In this document: piece after piece, positions 19,451 through 34,229 of the stretch
Numbering within the stretch: position 1 is the stretch's first letter
Layout of the letters: each line of letters begins with the position of its first letter
Assembly: GCA_963545485.1 (NCBI GenBank)
Contig: CAUUJG010000007.1
Span: 6,240 to 70,239, forward strand
DNA: 64,000 bases
Reading direction: 5' to 3'
DNA from: an uncultured Clostridia bacterium
GTDB lineage: Bacteria > Bacillota > Clostridia > Christensenellales > CAG-917
Notes under the pieces: model-generated
Database searches by the model: none
The model's input: the letters and a program-made list of their open reading frames with translations, nothing else
Told to the model about the DNA's origin: nothing
Position numbers and translations under genes: made by a program

Positions 19451-20866
19451 ATGAATGCAAATTTAGTTTATAATTTTCAAATGAGGTTAAAAAAACAGAT
19501 TATTACATTAATATTTGTAATTCTATTTATTTTTTCTTTTGTGTCATGTGGGAAAAACAGTAGAACTATTCCTAAACTAAACTACAAAAGTATTGATTCA
19601 ACTCAAAAACCAGATCAAAATAAATTTAGTGATTCCAAATTTGGGAATGAAATTAGACAAATGTACGATTATTCAATTGTCGATGAATATATAAGCCCAG
19701 ATAAAAATAATAAAAATTCAAAACTCAACAATTATCTGGCACATCCAGATAGTATAATTTGTAAGGATGGTTCAATTTTAACGACATATGTTAAAGGTCA
19801 TGGCAGAGGAGAAATTTTAATGTCTAGATCTTATGACAATGGATCTACTTGGATAAGAGAACAAGATTTGCCAAAAACATTTTCAAAATCAGAAGAAACC
19901 CCAACTCTATATACACTTGATTTTAAAATGCATCCAAAATATAAAAATGAAATAAAAACAGTCTTAATCAGCGGTCGTCCAGGATGGCAACAATTTATAA
20001 AACATGGTGAGGGTTTTTCATGTTCTTTAGGTGATGAAAATGGTAAAAATTGGACCGAGTTCGAACATTTTTTTAGTCCTCTGGCACAAAGAAAAAAATA
20101 TAAAGAAATGACAGGAAAATGGAATCCAATCGTTGCAATGGCATCATTAATTCAACTCAAAGATCCTAATACAAATCAATTTATAAATAAATGGGCAGGA
20201 TTCTTTCATGACTACTCTTTTAAAATATATAAAACTGTATTAAGTTTTAATGATAATGGGGAAATGGAATGGACTGACCCTGAACCAGTATTTAACACAC
20301 AACGCCGTATTGAATCTTTAGCAGGTCTATGTGAACCTTGTGTTTTTAGAGATCCAAAGAGTAACGAAATAATGATTTTAATGAGAGCTCAAAATAGAAA
20401 GACTCAGTCGTTTTTTGCAATATCAACCGATGAATGCATTACATGGAACAACCTTACAGAAACATCTTCTCATATTACCGGAGATCGTCATAAAATTACT
20501 GTAGATAAAAAGACTGGCTTACTTTGCATGACATTCAGAGATATTTCTTATTATGGAAATAACCCAAATCCTAAAAATCAGTTTTCAAGAGGAACTATGC
20601 TGTGGATTGGCAACTATAGCGATATCAAAGAAAGAAAACCTGGATTACTATTACTTAAACTTCAGCATTCATATACTAAAAATCAAAATAAAGAAAAAGA
20701 TTACACAACAGCAGACAGTGACACCGGATATTGTGGAATTGTCTGTACAACAAACGGGTATATTGTTGTGACTACATACGGAAAATTCAACTGTAAAACA
20801 AAAAATTCTATTATTATTTCAAAGATATTAAATATTAAAAAACTTCTTGAATATTTTAAAGATTAG
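19451..20866 (+). CDS. Lipoprotein with BNR/Asp-box (sialidase-like beta-propeller) repeats
   Basis: Signal peptide plus lipobox (LFIFSFVSCGK). Asp-boxes SRSYDNGSTW and ISTDECITW. 471 aa. The start may instead be the internal ATG at 19481 (MRLKKQ...). Confidence 0.7.
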   Translation: MNANLVYNFQMRLKKQIITLIFVILFIFSFVSCGKNSRTIPKLNYKSIDSTQKPDQNKFSDSKFGNEIRQMYDYSIVDEYISPDKNNKNSKLNNYLAHPDSIICKDGSILTTYVKGHGRGEILMSRSYDNGSTWIREQDLPKTFSKSEETPTLYTLDFKMHPKYKNEIKTVLISGRPGWQQFIKHGEGFSCSLGDENGKNWTEFEHFFSPLAQRKKYKEMTGKWNPIVAMASLIQLKDPNTNQFINKWAGFFHDYSFKIYKTVLSFNDNGEMEWTDPEPVFNTQRRIESLAGLCEPCVFRDPKSNEIMILMRAQNRKTQSFFAISTDECITWNNLTETSSHITGDRHKITVDKKTGLLCMTFRDISYYGNNPNPKNQFSRGTMLWIGNYSDIKERKPGLLLLKLQHSYTKNQNKEKDYTTADSDTGYCGIVCTTNGYIVVTTYGKFNCKTKNSIIISKILNIKKLLEYFKD

Positions 20867-22541
20867 CTTTATATTCATGTGCATATTTCAAGAGTTCTTT
20901 TGCATGAATTATTGCAGTTTCAGAATTTGCAGTATTTCCTAAAACTCTTGCTAATTCTCTTTCAGGTTCCTTTAATAACTCTATTTTTGTAAAGGTTTTA
21001 TTATCCTTTTCATACTTTTCAATAAAGTAATGATAATCAGCCATAGATGCCAGTTGAGGTAAATGTGTGATTGCTATAACCTGTTTATGTCTGGAAATAT
21101 TGCACATTTTTTCTGCGACTTTTTGAGATATTACTCCAGAAATACCAGTATCAATTTCATCAAAAATCATCGTCGCTATATGATCAGTTGCTGAACTAAT
21201 ATTTTTAACTGCCAACATAAATCTTGACATCTCACCGCCAGAAATAATTTTTGACAATGGTTTTAACGGTTCTCCAGCATTTGGTGCAATTAAAAATTCA
21301 ATTTCATCTGCACCATTTTTTTTGAATAATTCAATGTTTCCTAAATTCTGTATCTCCACCTTAAATTTAGTACTACCCATCCCTAAATCTGACAAATGTT
21401 TTAAAATATCTTTTTCAAATTTTTTTGCTACTTTAACTCTAGAATTATGTAAAATTTCCGCCGCTTCTTTAACTATTACTTCAAGCTTTTTTAATTTTTC
21501 AGTTAATATATTGATATTAAAATCTGCATTATCCAAATTGTCATAATCTATCTTTATGTCATTTAAGTATTCATTTAATTTTTCATAACCATTAGCATAT
21601 TTCTTAAATACATGTTTTATTTCTTCAATTCTAGTTTCCAATCTATCATATTCAAATTCATTATAATCCAACGAATCTAAGTTGCTTTCAAGCATTTCAA
21701 TCAAATCATCTAATTCAATTTTTGCCGAATCAAGTCTATTGTATATCTCTTCAAGTTCATTATCATATGATGTAATAGACGAAATTGCTTGTATTGCCAT
21801 TTTAAGTTGATGACTTATTGAGTATTCACTATTATCTAAGAAATTTTTTGCATTATTTAACTTTTCTGCGATTTCAGTCACATTTTTCATTTTTTCTCTT
21901 TGTGCCATCAATTTTTCGTATTCATTTTCTTTAAGGTCTAATGTTTCAATCTCTTCTATTATATTTTTTAACCTTAAAAGTTTTTCATTCCTTTCATTAA
22001 TATCCCCATATTCCTTGAGCTGATTATTTACATTTAAATATTTACTAAGAGCTTCTTGATATTTTTCTAAGGGAACTTTAATTTCAAGTTTTCCAATAGA
22101 GTCGATAAAGTTAATATGCTCTTTTACATTCAAAAGAGATTGATGCTGATGTTGTCCATACACATCAACGAGTAACTGAGTCAATCCTTTTAGTGTATTT
22201 AGTGTTACAACTTGATTATTAATACGACATTCATTTTTATTATCAGTTGTCATTTTTCTTTTGATAATAAGTATTTCTTCACATTCAATACCTATATCAT
22301 GTAAGTAACTTTTAATTTCTTCCGTTAAATATTCATCAAAAACAGCCTCAACAATTGCATAATCACTTCCATGTCTTATTAATGTTCTATCTGCTCTTTC
22401 ACCTAATACAAAATTTATTGAATCTATTATAATTGATTTACCAGCACCTGTTTCTCCTGTAAGAATATTTAATCCATCATTTAAATTAAGTTCAAGTTTG
22501 TCTATTAGTGCTATATTTTGTACAAACAATTTTGATAACAT
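20856..22541 (-). CDS. recN: DNA repair protein RecN
   Basis: N-terminal Walker A GETGAGKS, long coiled coil, C-terminal SGGEMSRFMLA...FDEIDTGISG. 561 aa. Confidence 0.93.
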   Translation of the reverse strand: MLSKLFVQNIALIDKLELNLNDGLNILTGETGAGKSIIIDSINFVLGERADRTLIRHGSDYAIVEAVFDEYLTEEIKSYLHDIGIECEEILIIKRKMTTDNKNECRINNQVVTLNTLKGLTQLLVDVYGQHQHQSLLNVKEHINFIDSIGKLEIKVPLEKYQEALSKYLNVNNQLKEYGDINERNEKLLRLKNIIEEIETLDLKENEYEKLMAQREKMKNVTEIAEKLNNAKNFLDNSEYSISHQLKMAIQAISSITSYDNELEEIYNRLDSAKIELDDLIEMLESNLDSLDYNEFEYDRLETRIEEIKHVFKKYANGYEKLNEYLNDIKIDYDNLDNADFNINILTEKLKKLEVIVKEAAEILHNSRVKVAKKFEKDILKHLSDLGMGSTKFKVEIQNLGNIELFKKNGADEIEFLIAPNAGEPLKPLSKIISGGEMSRFMLAVKNISSATDHIATMIFDEIDTGISGVISQKVAEKMCNISRHKQVIAITHLPQLASMADYHYFIEKYEKDNKTFTKIELLKEPERELARVLGNTANSETAIIHAKELLKYAHEYKANL

Positions 22542-23002
22542 TATTCACTAATTTCCTTATTAAGTATTTCATTTAATTTTAGTACAACTTTTTTTGTGTT
22601 GTCAGGATTATCTACGGCTATAAAAATAGTATCATCACCTGCTATAACCCCTATAATTTCTTCAAATGAAAGCTGATCTAGTAAAGCAGCAACTGGATTT
22701 GCACTCCCAACAACCGTTTTAATAACTATTAAATTTAAACTTGATTTAATTTCTTTAACAACATTCTTAAAAACATTTAAATATTGTTTTTCCTCAGTAG
22801 TTTCCTTTTCTTTATATTTATATCCTGGTCTTTTTTCTGCCTTTACTTTAATTAATTTTAATTCATTTATATCTCTTGAAACAGTTGTTTGAGTTGTATT
22901 ATGTCCGAGTAAATTCAATCTTTCAACAAGCTCTTCCTGCTTTTCAATTTCAAATTCTTTAATTAAATTTAATATATCACTTTGCCTACTATTTTTTGAC
23001 AT
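22541..23002 (-). CDS. argR: Arginine repressor ArgR/AhrC
   Basis: SRQSDILNLIKEFEIEKQEELVERLNLLGHNTTQTTVSRDINEL (wHTH). C-terminal GTIAGDDT-type motif (GVIAGDDTIFIA). 153 aa. Classical nadK-argR-recN context. Confidence 0.9.
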   Translation of the reverse strand: MSKNSRQSDILNLIKEFEIEKQEELVERLNLLGHNTTQTTVSRDINELKLIKVKAEKRPGYKYKEKETTEEKQYLNVFKNVVKEIKSSLNLIVIKTVVGSANPVAALLDQLSFEEIIGVIAGDDTIFIAVDNPDNTKKVVLKLNEILNKEISE

Positions 23003-23009
23003 TTATACC

Positions 23010-23771
23010 TCAGTTGCTTTTCCAATCTCCAAGTTTTAAAAATAATTTTGAATAAAAATTATCTCCAGTCTCTATAAAGTTAACTTTTAAATCTGGTACT
23101 ATAAATTCAAAAGTTTTTGAACTTTCAGGAATTTGTTTTCCATCTGCTGCAAGTACAATATTTTCTCCCGTTATTTCAACTTTAATTTTTGCTTTATTCG
23201 ATATTACAAGTGGTCTTGACCTCAGTGAATGTGCAGCTAAAGGAACTATGGCAATTGCTTCAACTTTGGGATCTAATACAGGTCCACCAGCTGACAATGA
23301 ATATGCTGTAGAACCTGTCGGTGTTGAGATAATCAATCCATCACCATGAAAATTGTCTATATATACATCGTCAATAAATAATTTCGTATATATTGGAGTA
23401 ATTGACGAGCTTTTAATAACAAATTCATTTAGAGCATAATTACCATTAGTGACACATTTTATTGTTCTACGCTTATTTAACTGCATATTTTCAATATTTT
23501 TAAGTATTTCAATAAGGTTATCTGTCTTCTTTAATTGAGTCAGAAAGCCTAAATTTCCAAAATTTATTCCTAATATGCTTATATTCAGTTTCGCAGCTTT
23601 AATTGCGACTTTTAAAATGCTACCGTCACCACCAAAAACAACAACAAGATTAAAACTTGAATCCAATTCATTAACTGAATTTACAATCACTATTTCATGC
23701 TTAACTTTTTTTATTATATCTTTAAAATCTATCGTTTTAGCTTGCTTGTTTATAAAAAAAGCGATTTTCAT
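23010..23771 (-). CDS. nadK: NAD kinase
   Basis: GGDGS motif (VVVFGGDGSILK), NFGNLGFL, TPTGSTAYSLSAGGP. 253 aa. Confidence 0.9.
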   Translation of the reverse strand: MKIAFFINKQAKTIDFKDIIKKVKHEIVIVNSVNELDSSFNLVVVFGGDGSILKVAIKAAKLNISILGINFGNLGFLTQLKKTDNLIEILKNIENMQLNKRRTIKCVTNGNYALNEFVIKSSSITPIYTKLFIDDVYIDNFHGDGLIISTPTGSTAYSLSAGGPVLDPKVEAIAIVPLAAHSLRSRPLVISNKAKIKVEITGENIVLAADGKQIPESSKTFEFIVPDLKVNFIETGDNFYSKLFLKLGDWKSN

Positions 23772-23799
23772 ATTTCTCCATTTTTGAATTGATCAATAT

Positions 23800-23828
23800 T
23801 TGTTTTTTTATTATATCGTATATATAAT
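23800..23828 (+). promoter_or_regulatory. Promoter of tRNA-Ser
   Basis: TTGTTT (23800-05), 17 nt, TATAAT (23823-28), 9 nt upstream of the mature tRNA 5' end. Confidence 0.55.
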
Positions 23829-23837
23829 TAATTGTCT

Positions 23838-23926
23838 GGAAGAGTCGCCTAGTTGGTCTATGGCGCACGATTGGAAATCGTGTAAGCAGAAATGCTTCGA
23901 GAGTTCGAATCTCTCCTCTTCCGCCA
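23838..23926 (+). tRNA. tRNA-Ser (anticodon GGA), long variable arm
   Basis: GGAAGAG...CACGA-TTGGAAA-TCGTG-(variable arm TAAGCAGAAATGCTTC)-GAGAG-TTCGAAT-CTCTC-CTCTTCC-G-CCA. 89 nt. Confidence 0.92.
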
Positions 23927-23928
23927 AA

Positions 23929-25857
23929 TTAATGTTTTTTAGAAACAATATCTTCATTAATAATCTTTATAAAATCACTTAATGTCATTGTCCCCATATC
24001 GCCTGTTTCTCTACTCCTTACAGAAACTATATTTTTTTCTGCTTCTGCATCCCCTACCACTAAAATATACGGAATTCTTTCAAGTCTTGCTTCTCTGATT
24101 TTCTTTCCTAATTTTTCATTTCTTAAATCTGTACCAACTCTAATATTATATTTCAGTAACTCATTTTTGTACTCCAATACTTTATTAGCTGTTCTATCTG
24201 TTAGTGATAAAATCTTAACTTGCTCTGGTGCGAACCAAACAGGGAAAGCACCGTTATATTTTTCTATCAACATTGCCAATGTACGCTCGTAACATCCAAT
24301 TGAACTTCTATGAATAATATATGGAATAGACTTTTCACCATTTTCATTGATATATGTCATTTGAAAACGCTTTGCCAATGCAAAGTCAATTTGTATTGTA
24401 ATAATTGTATCTTCTTTCCCATGTACATTTTTTAACTGAACATCAAGTTTAGGACCATAAAAAGCAGCTTCTCCCCAACCTTCTTCATAATTTATATCTG
24501 CTTTTTTTAAAAGATTTTCCATAATTTTTTCAGTATGTTCCCATTCCTTTTTTGTCCCGATATATTTCTTTGAATTATTTGGATCCCATCTAGAAAATCT
24601 AAAGGTTACATCATCTGTTAAACCAAATGTATCTAACATAAATTTAACCAAATCAAATGCACCTTTAAATTCACTTTCTAATTGCTTTTTAGTACATACT
24701 ATATGCCCATCAGATAAAGTAAATTGTCTCAATCTTATTAATCCATGCATTTCGCCTGATGCTTCTTTTCTAAACAAAGTTGAGGTTTCGGAATATCTTA
24801 AAGGTAAATCTCTATATGACTTAATACCATTGTTATATATCGTAAATTGAAAAGGACATGTCATAGGTCTCAAATACAGTTCTTCGTCAGTATCGGGATT
24901 ACAACAAAACATTTTATCTTTATAATGTGCAAGATGCCCTGATGTCTCAAATAAGTTTGGTTTAGTTAAAAACGGTGTTTTAGTGAAAATATATCCTCTT
25001 CTTTCTTCTTCATCTTCAACAAATCTTTCCAGAATCTGTACTACTTTAGCACCTTTAGGCATCAGTAAAGCTAAACCTTGTCCAATGTTTTCATCCGTCA
25101 TAAATAATTCAAGATCTCTGCCCAATTTATTATGGTCTCTTAATTTAGCTTCTTCAAGTTTCTGTAAATATTCGTCAAGTTGAGATTCTTTTTCAAATGC
25201 TGTTCCGTAGATTCTTGTCAGCATTTTATTTTTTTCAGAACCACGCCAATATGCACCAGTTAGTGATGTAAGTTTAAATGCTTTAATTTTTCCAGTTGAT
25301 GTCAAATGCGGTCCACTACATAAATCCTGAAATTCACCCTGTTTATAGAATGTAATTTCTTCATTTTCTGGCAAATCGGCAAGCAATTCTAATTTATAAG
25401 ATTGCTGTTTACTCATTAAATATTTTTGAGCCTCTTCTCTTGTATATTTTAATTTTTCAATTGGAAAATTAGCCTTTATTATGTTTTTCATTTCTGTTTC
25501 AATTTTTTCAAACTCTTCACGCCCAATTGATGTTAAAAAATCAAAATCATAATAAAAACCATTTTCAATAGAAGGTCCTATTGCTAGCTTAACGGTTGGA
25601 TAAATATTACTTATAGCCTGAGCTAAAATATGAGAACAAGTATGTCTATATGCCCTACGCCCCTCTTCATCGTCAAATGTATAAAATTTAATATTTGCAT
25701 CCTCATTTACAACACTATTAAGTTCATTAGTAATACCGTTTACTGACATTACTAGAATTCTTTTTGCATTTGGCAAATTTGCATCTTTTAAAATCTCAAA
25801 TCCTTTTTTTGGTTGTGAATAATTTAATGACACTCCATTTTCTAATTTAATTTCCAC
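23929..25857 (-). CDS. thrS: Threonine--tRNA ligase
   Basis: TGS N-domain, editing-domain HTCSH motif (YRHTCSHILAQA), class II core (FRKEASGEMHGLIRLRQFT). 642 aa. GTG start with GGAG RBS. Confidence 0.95.
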   Translation of the reverse strand: MEIKLENGVSLNYSQPKKGFEILKDANLPNAKRILVMSVNGITNELNSVVNEDANIKFYTFDDEEGRRAYRHTCSHILAQAISNIYPTVKLAIGPSIENGFYYDFDFLTSIGREEFEKIETEMKNIIKANFPIEKLKYTREEAQKYLMSKQQSYKLELLADLPENEEITFYKQGEFQDLCSGPHLTSTGKIKAFKLTSLTGAYWRGSEKNKMLTRIYGTAFEKESQLDEYLQKLEEAKLRDHNKLGRDLELFMTDENIGQGLALLMPKGAKVVQILERFVEDEEERRGYIFTKTPFLTKPNLFETSGHLAHYKDKMFCCNPDTDEELYLRPMTCPFQFTIYNNGIKSYRDLPLRYSETSTLFRKEASGEMHGLIRLRQFTLSDGHIVCTKKQLESEFKGAFDLVKFMLDTFGLTDDVTFRFSRWDPNNSKKYIGTKKEWEHTEKIMENLLKKADINYEEGWGEAAFYGPKLDVQLKNVHGKEDTIITIQIDFALAKRFQMTYINENGEKSIPYIIHRSSIGCYERTLAMLIEKYNGAFPVWFAPEQVKILSLTDRTANKVLEYKNELLKYNIRVGTDLRNEKLGKKIREARLERIPYILVVGDAEAEKNIVSVRSRETGDMGTMTLSDFIKIINEDIVSKKH

Positions 25858-25880
25858 TATTTATTTCTCCATTTTTTGCA

Positions 25881-29626
<3,746 letters not shown>

Positions 29627-29637
29627 TTTGTAGCTCC

Positions 29638-30372
29638 TTATATAATTTTATATGGTTTATTTGAATTTGCTCTTTTAACTGGCACTTCAACACTTTTAAG
29701 TATATCATAGACAATACTTTCAAACGGCAATTCACTAGAAAAATGAGAAAATTCTATTAATGCCAATTTAGTAGCTTCTATCCAGTAGTTATGTTTTATT
29801 TCAGATGTAACGAATACATCACATACTTCTTCAGCATGTGCGAAGGATTCAGCACTCATACCGGAACCAGTACATAAATATACAGTTGAAACATTTTTTC
29901 GAAAATCACCTTTTATTTTTAAAATATCTTCAGAAATAATTTCTTTAATTTTAAAAGCAAAATCTTTAAGTAATGTTGTCTTTATTGAAAAAATAATTCC
30001 TTCTTGTGCCTTTATAATATTAAAAGCTCCTAACTTATCTGCGATATAATTATTCATACTTCTGCTACAATTATCAAAATTTGTATGTGCAGAATATACT
30101 GAAATATTATTTTGAATTAATTTAATTATACTTTTGTTTGATTCATTAATTTTTTTAAGACATTTAAAAATTACAGGATGATGCGTAATGATTAAATTCA
30201 AATTATTTTTAATCGCAAAATCTACACTACTTTCATCACAATCTAAAGAAATAAGTATCCCAGAAACTTCATTTTTTTTATCACCAATTAATAAACCAAC
30301 ATTATCCCATTCCTCAGCAAGGTTTACTGGTGCAACTTTTTCTAATTGATTAATTACATCTTCAACATACAT
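29638..30372 (-). CDS. Nif3-like dinuclear metal centre protein (YqfO family)
   Basis: WDNVGLLIGD, ITHHP, AHTNFD. 244 aa. rpoD-trmK-nif3 context as in Bacillus sigA-yqfN-yqfO. Confidence 0.85.
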   Translation of the reverse strand: MYVEDVINQLEKVAPVNLAEEWDNVGLLIGDKKNEVSGILISLDCDESSVDFAIKNNLNLIITHHPVIFKCLKKINESNKSIIKLIQNNISVYSAHTNFDNCSRSMNNYIADKLGAFNIIKAQEGIIFSIKTTLLKDFAFKIKEIISEDILKIKGDFRKNVSTVYLCTGSGMSAESFAHAEEVCDVFVTSEIKHNYWIEATKLALIEFSHFSSELPFESIVYDILKSVEVPVKRANSNKPYKII

Positions 30373-30375
30373 GAT

Positions 30376-30990
30376 CTATTTTAAAATGCTATCCAGTTCT
30401 GCAATAACTTCATTTAATGAATCTTTATTAATTTGCTTTAGTAAGGTTCTTTTGTATTTTAAATATTCTATTGTTGATGGTTCTGTTTTATAGAACTTTC
30501 CATATTTAATTTGTAAATTATCAAGAATCTCTGCCCCTCTTGTAGCTTTAATTATTGGATACCATTTTCTATTAAAGAATAACATTTCATCAACATCTAT
30601 TTTATATCCTTTTTGTATCAGTTTTTCTCTAACAATTTCTGAATGTGTATTTGGTGATAAAATATAGCAACCAAAATTTTTATTTGCAGATATAATTTCT
30701 GCAATTAAGTCTCCACCCATTCCAGCAATAACTATACACTCAACTTCATCATCTCTAATTACATCAAGTCCGTTACCTAAACGAGTCTCTACTTTATTCA
30801 TTAAATCGTTTTCTTTTAAAAGCTTAATAGTTTTAGCAAGGCACTTTTCATTTATGTCTGTTGCAATTATTTTTGAACAATCATCACTTTTATATGCAAC
30901 AAGCTTACCATGATCACATCCTATATCAGCAAAACTGTTAAATGTTATTAAATCTGCAATTTTTTTTAATCTTTCATCCAATTTAAACAT
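30376..30990 (-). CDS. trmK: tRNA (adenine22-N1)-methyltransferase TrmK
   Basis: [12 protein letters not shown]...[10 protein letters not shown]...IAGMGG. 204 aa. Located downstream of rpoD. Confidence 0.85.
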   Translation of the reverse strand: MFKLDERLKKIADLITFNSFADIGCDHGKLVAYKSDDCSKIIATDINEKCLAKTIKLLKENDLMNKVETRLGNGLDVIRDDEVECIVIAGMGGDLIAEIISANKNFGCYILSPNTHSEIVREKLIQKGYKIDVDEMLFFNRKWYPIIKATRGAEILDNLQIKYGKFYKTEPSTIEYLKYKRTLLKQINKDSLNEVIAELDSILK

Positions 30991-32482
30991 TGAAATCCTC
31001 CAATTTTTTTGTCTTTGCCGGCGATTTAAGCTTTTTAATAGCTTTTGCCTCTATCTGCCTTATTCTTTCTCTTGTAACATTAAATACATGTCCTACTTCT
31101 TCAAGAGTTCTTGTATGTCCATCATCAAGTCCATATCTCAGCCTCAAAACCTTCTCTTCACGAGCTGTTAATGTTTTTAATACTTCCATAAGCCGTTCAC
31201 GCAACAACTTATGTTCAGCTGCCTCAACAGGTGAAATTGCTGAATGATCCTCAACGAAATCACCAATATGGCTATCATCTTCCTCACCTATAGGAGTTTC
31301 TAATGAAAGTGGGTCTTGATTTATTTTCTGTATTTCAATTACTTTTTCAACTGGAATTCCCATTTTTTCTGCAATCTCTTCTTGAGTTGGTTCTCTATTT
31401 AACTCTTGAGTTAATGCTCTTATTGTTCTTGCTTGTTTATTGATTGTTTCAACCATGTGAACCGGAATTCTAATTGTTCTTGATTGATCTGCTATTGCTC
31501 TTGTGATTGCCTGTCTGATCCACCATGTTGCATATGTTGAAAACTTAAACTCTTTTTTATAATCAAATTTTTCAACTGCCTTCATTAAACCGCCATTCCC
31601 TTCTTGTATTAAATCAAGGAAAGACATTCCTCTACCAGTCCACTTTTTTGCTAAAGAAACAACGAGACGTAAGTTCGCTTCTATAAGACGTTTCCTCGCT
31701 TCCTCATCTCCAGCTTCAATTCTCATTGCAAGTTCTTTTTCTTGTTCTTTTGTTTTTAAAAGTTCGACTTGCCCTATTTCAGTTAAATAAAGTTTAACTG
31801 AATCATCTACATATCTATCTAAATTCATATTTGGATCTTGAAAATCTATCTTTGTAGGCACTTCATCTTCTACAATTGTCATGCCTTTATTCTTAAATGC
31901 GGAATAAATATATTCCATTTCATCAACATCAGGATTGAACTTTTCTAATCTCAAATTAATTTCAAATAATGTAATTGAGTTTGTTGCCTTTGCTATTTCA
32001 TATAATTTTTTTATCTCTTGAAGAAACTTTTTATTTCCTTTTCCATATTTATCAATTTCATCTAAATCAAGATCTGAAAATAAAAATTCTTCTGGTGCAA
32101 TTTCTTGTCCAACTGCTATTCTTGAAGTTTCTGTAAAATTATTCTTCAAAATTTCCTTTGTTTTTTCTTCACTAATACCTATAAATGAATTAAGTGTTGG
32201 AATTTCACTTAATCTATTTTGTGCACTTTTTTTACTAATTTTTTTTGTTTTTTTTACAGATTTAGTACTTTCACTCTTGGTATCAATTTTAATTTCACGC
32301 AAAATTTTTTGAATTGATTGTTTTTCAGCCGCTACTTCTTCAATAAGATTTTCATTTTTTCCCTTTTCTATTACTTCTTGATTCTTGGTTTTAATATCTT
32401 TCACATCTTTATTATTAATAGAAAAACCTTTATCCTCTAAAATTATATCTAAAGCTGTTAATTTCTTTTTATCTGTCATCAT
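30983..32482 (-). CDS. rpoD: Primary RNA polymerase sigma factor (sigma-70/SigA)
   Basis: Region 2 ([40 protein letters not shown]), region 3 and region 4 ([20 protein letters not shown]), plus a long acidic/basic N-terminal extension. 499 aa. Confidence 0.95.
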   Translation of the reverse strand: MMTDKKKLTALDIILEDKGFSINNKDVKDIKTKNQEVIEKGKNENLIEEVAAEKQSIQKILREIKIDTKSESTKSVKKTKKISKKSAQNRLSEIPTLNSFIGISEEKTKEILKNNFTETSRIAVGQEIAPEEFLFSDLDLDEIDKYGKGNKKFLQEIKKLYEIAKATNSITLFEINLRLEKFNPDVDEMEYIYSAFKNKGMTIVEDEVPTKIDFQDPNMNLDRYVDDSVKLYLTEIGQVELLKTKEQEKELAMRIEAGDEEARKRLIEANLRLVVSLAKKWTGRGMSFLDLIQEGNGGLMKAVEKFDYKKEFKFSTYATWWIRQAITRAIADQSRTIRIPVHMVETINKQARTIRALTQELNREPTQEEIAEKMGIPVEKVIEIQKINQDPLSLETPIGEEDDSHIGDFVEDHSAISPVEAAEHKLLRERLMEVLKTLTAREEKVLRLRYGLDDGHTRTLEEVGHVFNVTRERIRQIEAKAIKKLKSPAKTKKLEDFNV

Positions 32483-32494
32483 ATCCTCTTAATT

Positions 32495-34204
32495 TTAATG
32501 TATTTCAATATTTTTTTCTAATAATTTTTTTCGTTTATACTTAGTAGACAAATTCTTTAAAATTCTATTATATGTTGATTCTTGATTATGAAGATCACGA
32601 CATTCTATATCCTCATTTTTTTCTTCTTTAAAAGTGTCTGATTTAAAAAGTTTATTTAACATTTCAGTATAATCGTTAAAATCATCACCATACGACTGAA
32701 ATGTGTCATACAACTTATTTGCAAGCTCTGCCTTTGGTAACGAGTAATTATTCAAAACAAACTTAAATAATTCTTGACTAAATAAATCAGAAAAATATTC
32801 TGTTTTTATCTGTTTCATATCTATGAATGGTAACTTCATTAACATATATTTCAATAAGACTTGTTCTTCTTTCAGTTGTTTGTTTTGTTCTTTTTCTAAT
32901 GTAGTTTTAGGTAACCCTTGAGATGTCGCTACATTTTTCTTTAAATCGGCTATGTTGATATTATAATCTTTAAAAATCTGACGAGCGAGATTACCAGCAA
33001 TTTCATTTGGTAATTTTTCAAAAATATTTTCATTCAACCTACTAGCAAAAACCATTTTATCGTTATAATTTTCAATACTAAGCCCTTCTTTCTGTCTATT
33101 TATCAGAAAATCAATAGCTCCAATTGCAGATTTAATTTTATTTAAAAAATATTCTTTCCCAAATTTTCTGACAGTATCATCAGGATCTAAACCATAGTCC
33201 AATGTGATGACTTTTGGAAATAAACCTGCTTCATATAGACTTGGTAAATTATTTGTTGCTGCTTTTTGTCCGGCTTCGTCTCCGTCATAACAAACAATAA
33301 CATTATTAGCTAAACGCTTAATTTCATTACATTGTGAAAGTTTTAAAGCCGTTCCCATTCCTGCTACAGCATTTTTAATTCCTACAGATCCTAATGCAAT
33401 TACATCCATATAACCTTCAACTAAAATTATTTCATCTATATTGTTTTGTGCACTTCGTTCTTTTCTAATATAATTTGCACCAAAAACTATATTTCCCTTT
33501 TTAAACAAAGCGGTGTCACCGCTATTAATATATTTACCACCCTCATGATTTTCTTTGTATTTTCTACCACCAAATGCAACACATTCATTTCTGCTATTAA
33601 ATATTGGAACAATAATTCTTTCAGCGAAAAAATCAGTATTGTAATTAGTAATGACACCACAATCAATAAGATCTTTTGTAAGATACCCTTTTCTATTTAA
33701 GTAATTAAACAAAGAAGTTTTATCTGGTGACAAACCAATTGAATAGTATTTTCTTACTTCTTGAGTGATACCTCTACTTTCTAAATATCTAATTGCTTCT
33801 TCTGAACCAGGAGAATTCAGATTCTCTAGATAAAATAATCGAGTTTCATCCATTATTTTTTTTAAAGCTTCAGTACGTTCATAATTTTCTTGCGATGAAA
33901 ATCTACTTGTAAATTTTGGAATATCAACATTGTATTTTTTCGCCAAAATCTTAATAGCTTCCATAAAACTTACTGATTCATACTGCATTATGAAAGTTAT
34001 GGCATTACCAGATGCTTGACATCCAAAACAATGATAGTAACCTTCACTATTTATACAGAATGATTCATCACTTTCATTATGAAATGGACATTTAGCAAAA
34101 AATCTAACACCTTTTTTTTTAATAGGAATATAATCAGCTATTACATCGGCTAAATTCACTCTTGATAATAAATTTTGCTTAAAACTATTAAAATCCTCTG
34201 CCAT
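32495..34204 (-). CDS. dnaG: DNA primase DnaG
   Basis: CHC2 zinc finger (CPFHNESDESF...YHCFGC), TOPRIM (VEGYMDV...YDGDEAG). 569 aa. Confidence 0.93.
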   Translation of the reverse strand: MAEDFNSFKQNLLSRVNLADVIADYIPIKKKGVRFFAKCPFHNESDESFCINSEGYYHCFGCQASGNAITFIMQYESVSFMEAIKILAKKYNVDIPKFTSRFSSQENYERTEALKKIMDETRLFYLENLNSPGSEEAIRYLESRGITQEVRKYYSIGLSPDKTSLFNYLNRKGYLTKDLIDCGVITNYNTDFFAERIIVPIFNSRNECVAFGGRKYKENHEGGKYINSGDTALFKKGNIVFGANYIRKERSAQNNIDEIILVEGYMDVIALGSVGIKNAVAGMGTALKLSQCNEIKRLANNVIVCYDGDEAGQKAATNNLPSLYEAGLFPKVITLDYGLDPDDTVRKFGKEYFLNKIKSAIGAIDFLINRQKEGLSIENYNDKMVFASRLNENIFEKLPNEIAGNLARQIFKDYNINIADLKKNVATSQGLPKTTLEKEQNKQLKEEQVLLKYMLMKLPFIDMKQIKTEYFSDLFSQELFKFVLNNYSLPKAELANKLYDTFQSYGDDFNDYTEMLNKLFKSDTFKEEKNEDIECRDLHNQESTYNRILKNLSTKYKRKKLLEKNIEIH

Positions 34205-34229
34205 GTAACTAACAATCCCTTTATATTTT

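Noticed and set aside
23800-23982. 60-aa + strand ORF
   Set aside because: It overlaps the tRNA-Ser gene and its promoter, so it is spurious.
25858-25880. T-box leader upstream of thrS
   Set aside because: Only 23 nt separate thrS from the lacZ stop, so there is no room for a T-box.
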